64,000 nucleotides of DNA from Thermovirgaceae bacterium (GTDB lineage: Bacteria > Synergistota > Synergistia > Synergistales > Thermovirgaceae): positions 32,001 through 96,000 of the forward strand of contig JAXGNU010000005.1 in NCBI GenBank assembly GCA_040767805.1. The letters are read 5' to 3'. Below, piece after piece: positions 1 to 9,866 of the stretch. A program made the translations under genes and the position numbers. Each line of letters opens with the position of its first letter. The stretch's first letter is position 1. Below the pieces are notes generated by a model, which was not told where the DNA came from, searched no databases, and was given only the letters and a program-made list of their open reading frames with translations.

Positions 1-365
1 AGGTGAATGTAGCGCGAAAGTTCAGCAGCGTAGGCGTCGGCCTCGACCAGGGTCGCCTTGTAGCGCCCCTGGAGTAGGTGGCCCGCTCTTTGATGCTTAA
101 GGTTGAAATAGGTGGTATAGGACCCGTTGATATGCTTCATCACGCGCGAGAGATTCCCGTCGGGGGTTTCCACCATCAGGTGGTAGTGGTTGTTCATGAG
201 GCAGTAAGCATGGAACACCGCCCCATACCTCTCCCAGGCCGACAACAGGTACGAAAGAAATTTTTCCCTGTCCCGCGCGGTCTTGAAGATATCCTTCTTT
301 TCATTGCCCCGGGACATAACGTGGTACAAAGCGCCGGGGTATTCGATCCTCAAAGGTCTGGCCAA
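1..365 (-). CDS. REP-associated tyrosine transposase (RAYT/Y1 HUH family), truncated by the window edge
   Basis: Manual minus-strand translation gives MARPLRIEYPGALYHVMSRGN...AYCLMNNHYHLMVETP...GHLLQGRYKATLVE..., containing the HUH motif (NHYH). TTG start at 365 with a GGAGG RBS. Not in the ORF track. Confidence 0.88.
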   Translation of the reverse strand, partial: MARPLRIEYPGALYHVMSRGNEKKDIFKTARDREKFLSYLLSAWERYGAVFHAYCLMNNHYHLMVETPDGNLSRVMKHINGSYTTYFNLKHQRAGHLLQGRYKATLVEADAYAAELSRYIH

Positions 366-411
366 GGGAAAAACCTCCTGTCGTGAAAGGATGAAAAAAT
401 TTTCTTTGATT

Positions 412-559
412 ACGCCAAATTAGTCAAAAGTGTAGACCTGACCCTGCTCTTCCACGCCAAATTAGTCAAAAGTGTAGACCTGACCCCGCTTTTCCAGTCA
501 AAAGTGTAGACCTGACCCCGCTTTTCCAGTCAAAAGTGTAGACCTGACCCCGCTTTTCC
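412..559. repeat. Tandem repeat array, 4 copies of core AGTCAAAAGTGTAGACCTGACCC
   Basis: Two 42-bp units (412-453, 454-495) followed by two 32-bp units (496-527, 528-559). The 32-bp unit AGTCAAAAGTGTAGACCTGACCCCGCTTTTCC is identical at 464, 496 and 528. Confidence 0.95.
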
Positions 560-806
560 AGGTTTAATATGATAGGGTTGCACGAGACAGGGAGAAGAGA
601 CCGGGCGAAATCACTGGGGAAAAAAACGAGATATCGCGCTGGTTGGGGCATCGGGACCCGGTTTTTCGGAGGACGGGGTTCACGGAAATCCTGGTCTCAA
701 CTCGGAAATCCATGGCCTCAACCAGTGGTTGAGGGTTCCCATTTTCATTATTTTCGATGAGGTCTGTTCCAATGTTGAAGATACCAGGAAGTTACAATCT
801 ACGATA

Positions 807-1967
807 ATGTTCAAGTTGGCTGTTCTTTCCCTTTCCCTACTTACTTTGATGTCCAACAGCGCCGTATCTCCGGCCCTAGGGGAGATTAGTGATTATTTCT
901 GTTACAGCAAAGAGAGCCTTATTCGACTTGTACCTGTCATTCATGCGATTACGATTGTCCCCACAATTTTTTTTGTGGGACGCCTTTCAAGAGTTTTCCC
1001 CGGTAAGGCCTTGCTTGTTTTCGGACTTTCGGTTTTTACCCTGTCGGGGACGATAGGGGGTTTTGTCTCCAACATATTTACTCTACTGTTGACTAGGCTC
1101 TTCATGGGTTTTGGCCTTGGCCTGGTGATCCCCTTTTCTACGGCATTGATTTCGGATTTTTTCGAAGGTGATGAAAAGACCAGGCTGATGGGACTTTCCA
1201 GTTCTCTTAATATGTTTGGTGGGATGATTGCTCTGCTTGTTGCGGGACAGCTGGCTTCCTTTTCCTGGAGACTACCTTTTTTGATTTATTCTTTTGGTAT
1301 TCCTGTTCTGGGTTTGACCATCCGCTACCTACCCAACCTGGCAATAAGCGCCACCGAAGAAGCTACCGTTGGAACAAGCCCTGGAAGGTCCATCCTGCCG
1401 ATAGTACTGTCGATGTTTTTATTTAACCTGGTTTTCTTTATTCTCACTCCCACCATGGCCTTTTATCTTCGTTACAGCGGCCTTGGTGACAGCAGGATAA
1501 CGGGAATGGTCATTGCTTCCGCGAATATTGGAGGTTTCGCTGCGGGTATTTTGTTGCCTCAGACAAGAAAAACCTTGGGGAAATTTTTTATTCCAGTTGT
1601 CCTTTTCTCGATAGGAACAGGGTTTATCTTGCTATCGAAGGCGACCCTGATCGCCGTCGTTTTCCTGGGCACCATTGTTATAGGCTTCGCCAATAGGTCC
1701 ATCTACCCTCTTTTTTTCCTGAAAGTGACGGAAAACACCACGCCGGCGGAAGCAATCCGAAGAACTTCTCTATTAAGCACAATGGTGTACCTAGGGCAGT
1801 TCATGGCCCCTATCTTCCAGCAATTTGTCGGTATAGCTTTTCAAAGACCCGACATACGTTTCCTATACGGTTTTGTGGCCGTCCTTTCGATGGCCGCATC
1901 TTTCCCATTTTTTACCTATGCTTCGATCAAGAGGGGAAATGCTCTCCAGGCGATAAAAAAGGAATGA
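807..1967 (+). CDS. MFS transporter
   Basis: About 12 hydrophobic segments and MFS-like motifs (GRLSRVFPGK, RLFMGFG). The ORF track starts at 729; ATG 807 is more plausible. Confidence 0.85.
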   Translation: MFKLAVLSLSLLTLMSNSAVSPALGEISDYFCYSKESLIRLVPVIHAITIVPTIFFVGRLSRVFPGKALLVFGLSVFTLSGTIGGFVSNIFTLLLTRLFMGFGLGLVIPFSTALISDFFEGDEKTRLMGLSSSLNMFGGMIALLVAGQLASFSWRLPFLIYSFGIPVLGLTIRYLPNLAISATEEATVGTSPGRSILPIVLSMFLFNLVFFILTPTMAFYLRYSGLGDSRITGMVIASANIGGFAAGILLPQTRKTLGKFFIPVVLFSIGTGFILLSKATLIAVVFLGTIVIGFANRSIYPLFFLKVTENTTPAEAIRRTSLLSTMVYLGQFMAPIFQQFVGIAFQRPDIRFLYGFVAVLSMAASFPFFTYASIKRGNALQAIKKE

Positions 1968-2453
1968 CAATTTGACCGCTCACGCGCTCCCTGTACCGGG
2001 AAAAGCGAAAACAGCCCTGTTAAAAATGTGAATCAAACTCCACCCCAAGAGCGCTGCCTATAACATAGGGGAAAGGGACGAGCGACGGTCCTGCACCGGC
2101 CGCGCAAAGTCGCAAAAATCCCTTCCGGGCAAAATCATAGGTTCCCATCCATCCGCACACGATCATCGAGTATCGCCGTTTGTGCGATGCTGAAGATCTT
2201 CCTTCTCACCCCCATGATCTCTTTCGAAGAGCAGTTTTTTTGATACCTTTTTGAAAGGCCTGGAAAGACAAGGTTCGAGTCCACTTTGACGAAGTCAAGT
2301 TAATCGACCGAAGAGAGGTATTTCGAGAGGTTAGAATTAAGGAGACCGCCCAACAGCCTGCCGTCTAATAGTTTTAAGGCAAGTGATACAATTATCTTGA
2401 ACGGGATGAAGGGATGGCAAGAGATAGATTAAACCACGACGGGAGGTTCGATC

Positions 2454-3959
2454 ATGACCTTTTCACCCAGTATGAGTTCGGGCTTTACGGCGGCCAGGAA
2501 CAGGAGCAAGTATATTTCCCCCCAGTCGGGGATGTGCTCCCTGTGCACCGAAGAGTGCCCGGGGACTTGCGAGATAGCCCAGGCGGCCGTCCTGGGGAAG
2601 ATAACGGTTTATCCCACCACCACCGGCGCCAACCAGATCGCGTCGGAAAAGGATTACCCCATCGATTTTTCCCATTTCAATATAAACGGCCGTTGTTTCG
2701 GCGCCCTGGGGGTGGAGGCGGACCTCGAGCACGGGGAGATTTTCAACGTCAACCTGGCCTCGGAGTACGGCTATGATCACAGGGTGAAACTCGACCTGCC
2801 CATCGTCCTGCCCGCTATCATCAAGATGAACTGGGTCGACTACTTCGGCGGCGCCGCCATGGCCGGGGTGACCTGCATGATCGGCGAGGACGCCAGGGAA
2901 AAAGACGCCGAACTGGAAATGACGGACGGGAGGATCACGTCCTTTCCCATGCTGCAGAGAATACACGACAGCTTCCATAAATATTACCGTGGTTCGGGGC
3001 AGATGGTGCTCCAGTGCAATGTCGACGACCATCTCACGGGCGTTCCGGAGATAGCGCTTGAAAAATACGGCTTCGAGGCCCTAGAGTTCAAGTTCGGCCA
3101 GGGTGCCAAGGGGACCCAGCCGGTCAACAGGATCAAGGACTACGACGAGGCCGTGAAAAAGGTAGAGAAGGGGCACCTCGTCCACCCCGACCCCTTCGAT
3201 CCCAAGGTGATGGAACTCAGGGAAGAGGGCTGCTGCCCCAACTTCTACACCTACGGGAGGCTCCCGATGTGGACCGAGGAGACCATGGCAAAGCGGATCA
3301 CCGAGCTTAGGGAGAGGGGAACGAAGAACGTCTATTTCAAGATGGCCGGCTTCGACCTGGCCGATGTGGAGCGGGTCATCCGCATGGCGATAGAGAACAG
3401 GGTCGACATGGTCACCTTCGACGGGGCCGGCGGCGGTTCCGGCTACAGCCCCTCGAAGATGATGGACGAATGGTCCCTCCCGACGGTCATGCTTGAAAAG
3501 GGCGTCGTCGATATCTGCGACAAACTGGAAAGGCAGGGCAAAACGCTGCCTGCCATGGTCATCACCGGGGGCTTCATAAGCGAGGACCAGGTATTCAAGG
3601 CCCTCGCCTACGGCGACGGGTTCATCAACGCCGTCGGCGTCTGCCGCGGCGCGATGGCGGCGGCCATGACGGGCAAGACCATCGGCGACGAGATAAAGGC
3701 GGGCAGGACGCCGGAATTCTTCAAAAAGTTCGGCGATACCGTCGACGAGGTCTTCCGCGACCTGGCTGACCTTAAGGGGATCTACGGGAAAGAGGCCGAG
3801 AATTTCTCCACGGGGGCGATCGGGGTTTTCTCCTACCTGAACAAGCTGGCCTTCGGTTTGAGGCATTTCGCGGCCTTGAACCGGAAATTCGACCTTATGT
3901 ACCTGGACAGGAGCGACCTGATCCCGCTCACCTACTACGCCAACGACCTCTTGGGCTAG
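2454..3959 (+). CDS. FMN-binding glutamate synthase family protein (stand-alone FMN domain)
   Basis: EFKFGQGAKG and TFDGAGGGSG motifs, N-terminal Cys cluster CSLCTEECPGTC, GGAGG RBS. Confidence 0.85.
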   Translation: MTFSPSMSSGFTAARNRSKYISPQSGMCSLCTEECPGTCEIAQAAVLGKITVYPTTTGANQIASEKDYPIDFSHFNINGRCFGALGVEADLEHGEIFNVNLASEYGYDHRVKLDLPIVLPAIIKMNWVDYFGGAAMAGVTCMIGEDAREKDAELEMTDGRITSFPMLQRIHDSFHKYYRGSGQMVLQCNVDDHLTGVPEIALEKYGFEALEFKFGQGAKGTQPVNRIKDYDEAVKKVEKGHLVHPDPFDPKVMELREEGCCPNFYTYGRLPMWTEETMAKRITELRERGTKNVYFKMAGFDLADVERVIRMAIENRVDMVTFDGAGGGSGYSPSKMMDEWSLPTVMLEKGVVDICDKLERQGKTLPAMVITGGFISEDQVFKALAYGDGFINAVGVCRGAMAAAMTGKTIGDEIKAGRTPEFFKKFGDTVDEVFRDLADLKGIYGKEAENFSTGAIGVFSYLNKLAFGLRHFAALNRKFDLMYLDRSDLIPLTYYANDLLG

Positions 3960-4031
3960 GTGGGGCCGGCCCCGGCGCCGGGGATAAAACAGCGGCGACT
4001 CATAAACCCGATAAACGCCGGGGCCCCATTG

Positions 4032-4040
4032 TGCTATAAT
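4032..4040 (+). promoter_or_regulatory. Extended -10 promoter element upstream of the glycyl-radical operon
   Basis: TGCTATAAT (TGn-TATAAT) about 170 bp upstream of the activase start. Confidence 0.5.
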
Positions 4041-4212
4041 GACTTACGTCGAAGCAAGATTTTTGGGAGAGGGTTGAGGACTCTCCGGTTTTGGTGTAAT
4101 CATATTGGTAATGCCAAGGACTTATCAGAATGACTTTCAGGGGAAGGTCTTGTTGAAACCGGCTTCTGTCCTTGGCGCCGATCTCGATACTGGCCGGAAA
4201 AGGGGAACCCTG

Positions 4213-5022
4213 ATGTCGTCTGGAACCGCCGACGAGAAAGGAATGATCTATAAGATAGCCCGTTACGCCATCCATGATGGACCGGGGATCCGCACCACCG
4301 TTTTTTTGAAAGGCTGCCCCGCCCGCTGCCTCTGGTGCTGTAACCCCGAGTCGCAGCGCCGGGAACCGGAACTGGCGAAAAAGGTAGAGTTGTGCCGGAC
4401 CTGCCCCGCCGACGCGCTGGAATGGATAGGTCGGGAGATCACCGCCTCTGACTTACTCCGAGAAGTAGAACCTGACCGCCCTTTTTGGCGAAGGTCGGGA
4501 GGGGGCGTGACCCTTTCCGGTGGTGAACCTCTTTTCCAACCCCGGTTCGTGAAGCGATTCCTTCAACTTTGCCGGGAAAAACACATACACACCGCCTTGG
4601 AGAGCAGCCTTTTCGGCGACTGGAAGTTCCTGGAAGAATTGATGGATCTCGTCGATTTCTTCCAGTTTGACTTGAAGGCCATGGATCCCGAGGAGCACCT
4701 TCAATTGACCGGTCTCGACAACCGGGTCATTTTGGATAATGCCGCCAGGCTCCTCGAGAGCGATAAACAGCTCCTGGCGAGGATACCCCTCGTCCCCGGA
4801 TGCAACGATGGGGAGTCCAACCTTCGTGAACTGGGGGCCTTCCTGGAACGCCACCGCCCCGGGGCCCACCTGGAGGTCCTACCTTACCACCGCATGGGAG
4901 TCGGTAGATACGAAGAGTTGGGCAGGCCTTACCCCTTGCCTGACACTCTCCCGCCGACGGAGGAAGAGATGGAGAGGGCCTTGGGGATCCTGAAGGATTA
5001 TTCAATCCGGGTTATCAACTAG
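4213..5022 (+). CDS. Glycyl-radical enzyme activating enzyme 1 (radical SAM), ferredoxin insert largely missing
   Basis: HDGPGIRTTVFLKGCPARCLWCCNPES (CxxxCxxC), GGGVTLSGGEP and LPYH motifs. ATG 4213 with RBS. Confidence 0.92.
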   Translation: MSSGTADEKGMIYKIARYAIHDGPGIRTTVFLKGCPARCLWCCNPESQRREPELAKKVELCRTCPADALEWIGREITASDLLREVEPDRPFWRRSGGGVTLSGGEPLFQPRFVKRFLQLCREKHIHTALESSLFGDWKFLEELMDLVDFFQFDLKAMDPEEHLQLTGLDNRVILDNAARLLESDKQLLARIPLVPGCNDGESNLRELGAFLERHRPGAHLEVLPYHRMGVGRYEELGRPYPLPDTLPPTEEEMERALGILKDYSIRVIN

Positions 5023-5035
5023 GGAGGTCGATAGC

Positions 5036-7426
5036 GTGCCCAAGACAACCACGAAAAGACGCGAACAGACCGTTGAACGGATCGCATCGATGAGAAAGAG
5101 GATGATCCTCGAACAGCCCACGGAACTGCTCCCGGAAAGGGCCCTCCTGGTCACCGAGGCCTACGAGGAGCACGCCGCTGAGCCGGCCTTGCTGCAGCGG
5201 GCCTACGCCCTGCAGAAGGTGCTCTCGGAAATGACCCTTTTCATGGATGATGAGGAACTTTTCGTCGGCCATCCTTCGCCGCAACCCCGGTCACCCATCG
5301 TCTGCCCGGAATTCGGCGCCCGCTGGATCCTGGAGGACCTGGATAACTTCGCCACCCGCAGCGCCGACGCCGTGGGGCTCACGGAAGAGAACAAGATCCT
5401 TTTGAGAGACTGCCTGACCAAGTGGGAACGGAGTTCCCTCGATGCCGTCGTCGACCGGCTTATCTCCCAGGAGGTCAAGGACGCCCTCGATGAGGGAATG
5501 ATCACTGTCGGCGGCCGAGGGACGGCCCAGGGCAACATCTCCATAAACTACAGCAAGCTGCTCGCCAGGGGCCTCCGAGGGATCATCGACGAGATCGACG
5601 AAAAACTGCGTACCGATGCGCCCAAGGGTATCGACGGGACGAAGAAACGGACCTTCTGGAAAGCCGCCCGGATCAGCTGCGAAGCCGTGATCGATTTCGC
5701 CCACCGCTACGCGGACCTGGCCGCCCGAAAGGCCGCCGGGACCAACGACACCCGGAGGAAGGAGGAACTCCTCCAGATAAGCGAAATCCTGAGGCGGGTC
5801 CCCGAGTTCCCGGCGACGACCTTCCGGGAGGCTGTCCAATCGGTATGGCTCGTCTACTCGGTGCTTCACATCGAGTCGGACCCCCACGCCATACTCCTGG
5901 GGCGCGTCGACCAGTACCTGTATCCTTTCTACCTGAAAGACAAGGCTGAAGGCCGCATCACCGATGAGGACGTGGTGGAGATCCTGGCCACGCTCTGGAT
6001 AAAGTGCACCGCCATCATCAAGCTCATGGATTCAGTCACCACTCGTACTTTCGCCGGTTTCCCGCTCTTCCAGAACGTGACCATCGGCGGCCAGGGGAGC
6101 CACGGGGAAGACGCCTCCAACGAGCTATCCAGGCTCATCCTCGACGCGGCCCTCGTCGCCCGCGTCACCCAGCCCTCCATCGGTTTCCGCTACCACAACA
6201 AGGTGGACCCGGACCTGCTGCAAAAAGTGGCAGAGACGATCCGGGAGGGACTGGGCTACCCCGCCATCATGAACGACGGGTGCATTATCCCCAAGCACCT
6301 GATCCGGGGGGCCACCCTGGAAGAGGCCCGCAACTACTGCACCAACTGCGTCGAGACCGATATCGAGGGGATGACCGATTCCCGCGCCCATTCGGGCTAT
6401 GTCAACTTCCCCAAGTGCTTCCTGCTGGCGATGAACGACGGCGTCGACCCCGAGTCCGGCCGCCGGGTCGGGCCTGCGACGGGGAAGCTCGAGTCCTTCA
6501 CCTCCTTCGACGAACTTTTCTCGGCCTACAAGGCCCAGGTGGCCCATTTCACTAAGCTCATCGTCGATGCCTACGACCTGGTCGACGGGGCCCACGCTGT
6601 CCACACTCCCGAGCCTTTCATGTCGAGCCTCCTCGATGACTGCATCGAACGGGGAATGAGCCGCCAGGAAGGCGGGGTTCGATACAACTTTTCGGGGATC
6701 TTCGGCGTAGGCCTCGCCTCCGTGGCCGATTCCATGGCGGCGGTGCGCCGGCTGTGCTTCGATGAACGATCGGTGCCCCCTTCGAAAATGCTCGAAGCTC
6801 TGAAAAACAACTTCCAGGGCGAGGAAACCCTCCTCGACGCCTGCGAGAAGGCGCCCAAGTTCGGCAACGATGACGACTACGTCGACCTCATCGCCCGCGA
6901 CGCTGCCCATGTCTTCTGCAGCGAGGTGACCCAGTACCCCTGCATGAGGGGCGGTTTCTACATCCCCGAGCTTCACTCCGTCTCGACCCACGTCTACTTC
7001 GGCGAGGTCACCGGGGCCACTCCCGACGGCCGCCTCAGGGGCATCGCCTTCTCCGACGGCGCCTCCCCCGTGGGTGGCAGGGACCGCAAGGGCCCCACGG
7101 CGGCGGTGCGGTCGATGACCAAGATCGACCACCAGGAAGTCCTCCAGGGGGTCCTTTACAACCAGAAGTTCTCCAGGAGCCTCCTGAGAAAGCCTGGCGA
7201 AGTGGGGGCCTTCACCGATTACATCCGCTCCTACTGCGACCTTGGAGGCCACCACATCCAGTTCAACATGATATCCACCGAGGAATTGCGGAAAGCCCAG
7301 GAGAACCCCTCGGCCTTCCGCGACCTGATAGTACGGGTGGCAGGGTACAGCGCCTATTTCACCGAGCTCAACCGCAACACCCAGGATGAGATCATCGCCC
7401 GTACGGAGTACGAGGAGCTCTCCTAA
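5036..7426 (+). CDS. Glycyl radical enzyme 1 (PFL2/dehydratase-lyase family), substrate unknown
   Basis: 796 aa. Gly loop LIVRVAGYSAYF, Cys loop NYCTNCVE, GRVDQYLYPFY and ATPDGR motifs. Confidence 0.93.
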   Translation: MPKTTTKRREQTVERIASMRKRMILEQPTELLPERALLVTEAYEEHAAEPALLQRAYALQKVLSEMTLFMDDEELFVGHPSPQPRSPIVCPEFGARWILEDLDNFATRSADAVGLTEENKILLRDCLTKWERSSLDAVVDRLISQEVKDALDEGMITVGGRGTAQGNISINYSKLLARGLRGIIDEIDEKLRTDAPKGIDGTKKRTFWKAARISCEAVIDFAHRYADLAARKAAGTNDTRRKEELLQISEILRRVPEFPATTFREAVQSVWLVYSVLHIESDPHAILLGRVDQYLYPFYLKDKAEGRITDEDVVEILATLWIKCTAIIKLMDSVTTRTFAGFPLFQNVTIGGQGSHGEDASNELSRLILDAALVARVTQPSIGFRYHNKVDPDLLQKVAETIREGLGYPAIMNDGCIIPKHLIRGATLEEARNYCTNCVETDIEGMTDSRAHSGYVNFPKCFLLAMNDGVDPESGRRVGPATGKLESFTSFDELFSAYKAQVAHFTKLIVDAYDLVDGAHAVHTPEPFMSSLLDDCIERGMSRQEGGVRYNFSGIFGVGLASVADSMAAVRRLCFDERSVPPSKMLEALKNNFQGEETLLDACEKAPKFGNDDDYVDLIARDAAHVFCSEVTQYPCMRGGFYIPELHSVSTHVYFGEVTGATPDGRLRGIAFSDGASPVGGRDRKGPTAAVRSMTKIDHQEVLQGVLYNQKFSRSLLRKPGEVGAFTDYIRSYCDLGGHHIQFNMISTEELRKAQENPSAFRDLIVRVAGYSAYFTELNRNTQDEIIARTEYEELS

Positions 7427-7447
7427 TTTCAAGAAAGGGATCTGGAG

Positions 7448-9856
7448 GTGTCGATAATGGCTAACAGTTTCAATGCACCCTATGCGGACCGGATAAACAG
7501 GTTAAAGGAGAAGGTGCTGACCACCTACCCCGAGATCGACCTTGAGAACGCGAGGATCCTCACGCAAAGCTTCCGTGAAACCGAGGGGGAGGTCTTTGTC
7601 CTGAGGAAGGCCAAGGCCTTCCGGCGCCAGTGCCAGGAGAAGACCGTGGAGATCTGGGACGATGAACTGATCGTAGGCAACGCCGGCAGCAAGATCCGCG
7701 GCGGTATCCTCTCCGCCGACGTCTGCTGGTCCGTACTCGACAAGGAGTTGGACACGATCAACACCCGTCCCTACGACAAATTCCACCTCCGGCCGGAGGA
7801 CCGGAAGATCTTCGAGGAGGAGATCCGCCCCTATTGGAAAGGACGCTCCAATTACGAGGCGTGGCTGGCCCAGATACCCGAGGACGTGGCCGCCCTAAGG
7901 GACAATGGCGCCCTTTACATCGACAAGAAGGCCGTCCGCGGTTGGGGCGAAGTGACGGCCGGTTACGAGTGGTTCATAAAGAACGGAGTCAACGGGATCG
8001 TCAAGCTCGTGGAGGCCCAGAAGGCGGGCCTGGACGCGACGCGCCCCGGCGACTACGAAAAGGAGGCCTACCTCGACTCGCTTTTAGTAGTGGCCGAAGG
8101 GATGCTGACCCTGGCGGAACGCTATGCCCTCGAGGCCGACCGCCTGGCCTCGGCCGAGAAAGACCCGGCCCGCCAGAGAGAGCTCCGGAAGATCGCCGAG
8201 ATCTGCAGGCACGTCCCGGCCCAGCCGGCCCGCACCTTCCACGAGGCGTTGCAGTCCTTCTACTTCTACCAGATCTTCCTGTTCATGGAGCAGAACGCCG
8301 CCGCCTATAACCCCGGCAGGATGGACCAGTACATGTACCCCTACTACAAGGCCGATCACGACGCGGGTCGCATCACTCCCGAGGAAGCCCAGGAACTGCT
8401 GGATTGCCTTTGGGTCAAGTTCTCCGAACAGTGCCTGTTCCAGGACGGCAAATCGGCCGAGTACTCTTCGGGGTACCCCATGTTCCAGAACCTTTGCGCC
8501 GGCGGTGTGGACCACCAGGGCAGGGACGCCGTCAACGACCTCTCCTACATGATCCTCCAGGCGACGATGGATACCCAGCTCTACCAGCCCTCGCTCTCGG
8601 TGCGGTATAACATGGCCAAGAACCCCGACACCTTTCTTCGCAAGATCGTCGATCTCATTAGCCTGGGGACGGGTTTCCCCGCCTTCCACAACGACGAGGT
8701 CGGCATCAGGATGCTCATGAACAAGGGGGTCCCCCTTCGGGAGGCCCTCGACTGGAACCCCGGGGGATGCGTCGAGACGAACCTGGCCGGTAAGCTCCGG
8801 GCCTATTCAGCCTTGGCTGATATCAACCTCGGGAGCGTGGTGGAGTACGTGCTCCTCGGCGGGAAATGCCGCAAGACGGGCGCCCAGGTGAGCATCGACA
8901 CGGGCGACCCCAGGTCCTTCGCCACCTGGGAGGAATTCGAGGAGGCCCTCAAGGCTCAGCTCCATTACGTCATCCGGGTCGTCGTCAAGGCCAGCCATAT
9001 CATCGACGAGATCTGCATGGACCGCCCCGTGCCGGCCCTGTCCTTCAGCTTCGAGGAATGCATCACCAGCGCCAAGGATTACGCCTGGGGCGGAGCCAAG
9101 TACAACACGGGCAACGGCATCATTTGCATCGGCGTCGCCGACCTGATCAACAGCGCCGCCGCCGTGCGCCACCTCGTATACGAGACGAAGGCCCTCACCA
9201 TGGGCGAGCTCCTCGAGGCCCTGGACCGCGATTTCGAAGGCCGCGAGGAGACCCTCCGGCTCTGCCGGGAGGCGCCGAAGTACGGCAACGACGACCCCCG
9301 CGTCGACGACCTGGCGGCGGATCTTTTCTCCTACATCGCCGACGAGATCGAAAACTACCGCAGCAAGTTCGGCGTCATGACCCCCGGCATCCTCCCCGTC
9401 TCAGGGAATACCCCCTTCGGGAAGGAAGTGGGCGCCCTGCCTTCGGGACGGCGGGCGTGGAAACCCCTCGCCGACGGGGTCAGCCCGAACGGGGGAACGG
9501 ACCTGAACGGCCCCAGCGCCGTCCTCAAGTCCGTCGCCAACATTCCCCACGACCGGTTTGTCCAGGGGACGTTGCTGAACATGAAGATCGATCCTGAAAT
9601 GCTCCACACCGAGAACGGGATCATCCGGTTCATGGCCCTGCTGAAGAGCCTTTACTCCCTGGGGATCTATCACGCCCAGTTCAACGTCGTCGACCAGTCC
9701 AAACTGATCGACGCCCAGAAAAACCCCGATAACTACAAGGGACTCCTTGTCCGCGTCGCCGGTTACACGGCCTTCTTCGTCGAACTTGGCAAGGACGTCC
9801 AGGACGAGATCATAGCCAGGACGGTTCACGGAGAAAAACCCTCCAGGACCTGCTGA
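7448..9856 (+). CDS. Glycyl radical enzyme 2 (PFL2/dehydratase-lyase family), substrate unknown
   Basis: 802 aa. Gly loop LLVRVAGYTAFF, Cys loop WNPGGCVE, GRMDQYMYPYY motif. Confidence 0.93.
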   Translation: MSIMANSFNAPYADRINRLKEKVLTTYPEIDLENARILTQSFRETEGEVFVLRKAKAFRRQCQEKTVEIWDDELIVGNAGSKIRGGILSADVCWSVLDKELDTINTRPYDKFHLRPEDRKIFEEEIRPYWKGRSNYEAWLAQIPEDVAALRDNGALYIDKKAVRGWGEVTAGYEWFIKNGVNGIVKLVEAQKAGLDATRPGDYEKEAYLDSLLVVAEGMLTLAERYALEADRLASAEKDPARQRELRKIAEICRHVPAQPARTFHEALQSFYFYQIFLFMEQNAAAYNPGRMDQYMYPYYKADHDAGRITPEEAQELLDCLWVKFSEQCLFQDGKSAEYSSGYPMFQNLCAGGVDHQGRDAVNDLSYMILQATMDTQLYQPSLSVRYNMAKNPDTFLRKIVDLISLGTGFPAFHNDEVGIRMLMNKGVPLREALDWNPGGCVETNLAGKLRAYSALADINLGSVVEYVLLGGKCRKTGAQVSIDTGDPRSFATWEEFEEALKAQLHYVIRVVVKASHIIDEICMDRPVPALSFSFEECITSAKDYAWGGAKYNTGNGIICIGVADLINSAAAVRHLVYETKALTMGELLEALDRDFEGREETLRLCREAPKYGNDDPRVDDLAADLFSYIADEIENYRSKFGVMTPGILPVSGNTPFGKEVGALPSGRRAWKPLADGVSPNGGTDLNGPSAVLKSVANIPHDRFVQGTLLNMKIDPEMLHTENGIIRFMALLKSLYSLGIYHAQFNVVDQSKLIDAQKNPDNYKGLLVRVAGYTAFFVELGKDVQDEIIARTVHGEKPSRTC

Positions 9857-9866
9857 CCTTGCAATC

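Noticed and set aside
78..386. Plus-strand 102-aa ORF
   Set aside because: Antisense shadow of the minus-strand RAYT transposase, which has clear family motifs and an RBS.
412..559. CRISPR array
   Set aside because: The units are head-to-tail with no unique spacers, and there are no cas genes in the window.
5036..9856. Calling the GREs pyruvate formate-lyase, choline TMA-lyase or HypD
   Set aside because: They lack the PFL Cys-Cys pair and microcompartment genes, and substrate-defining residues cannot be verified by eye.
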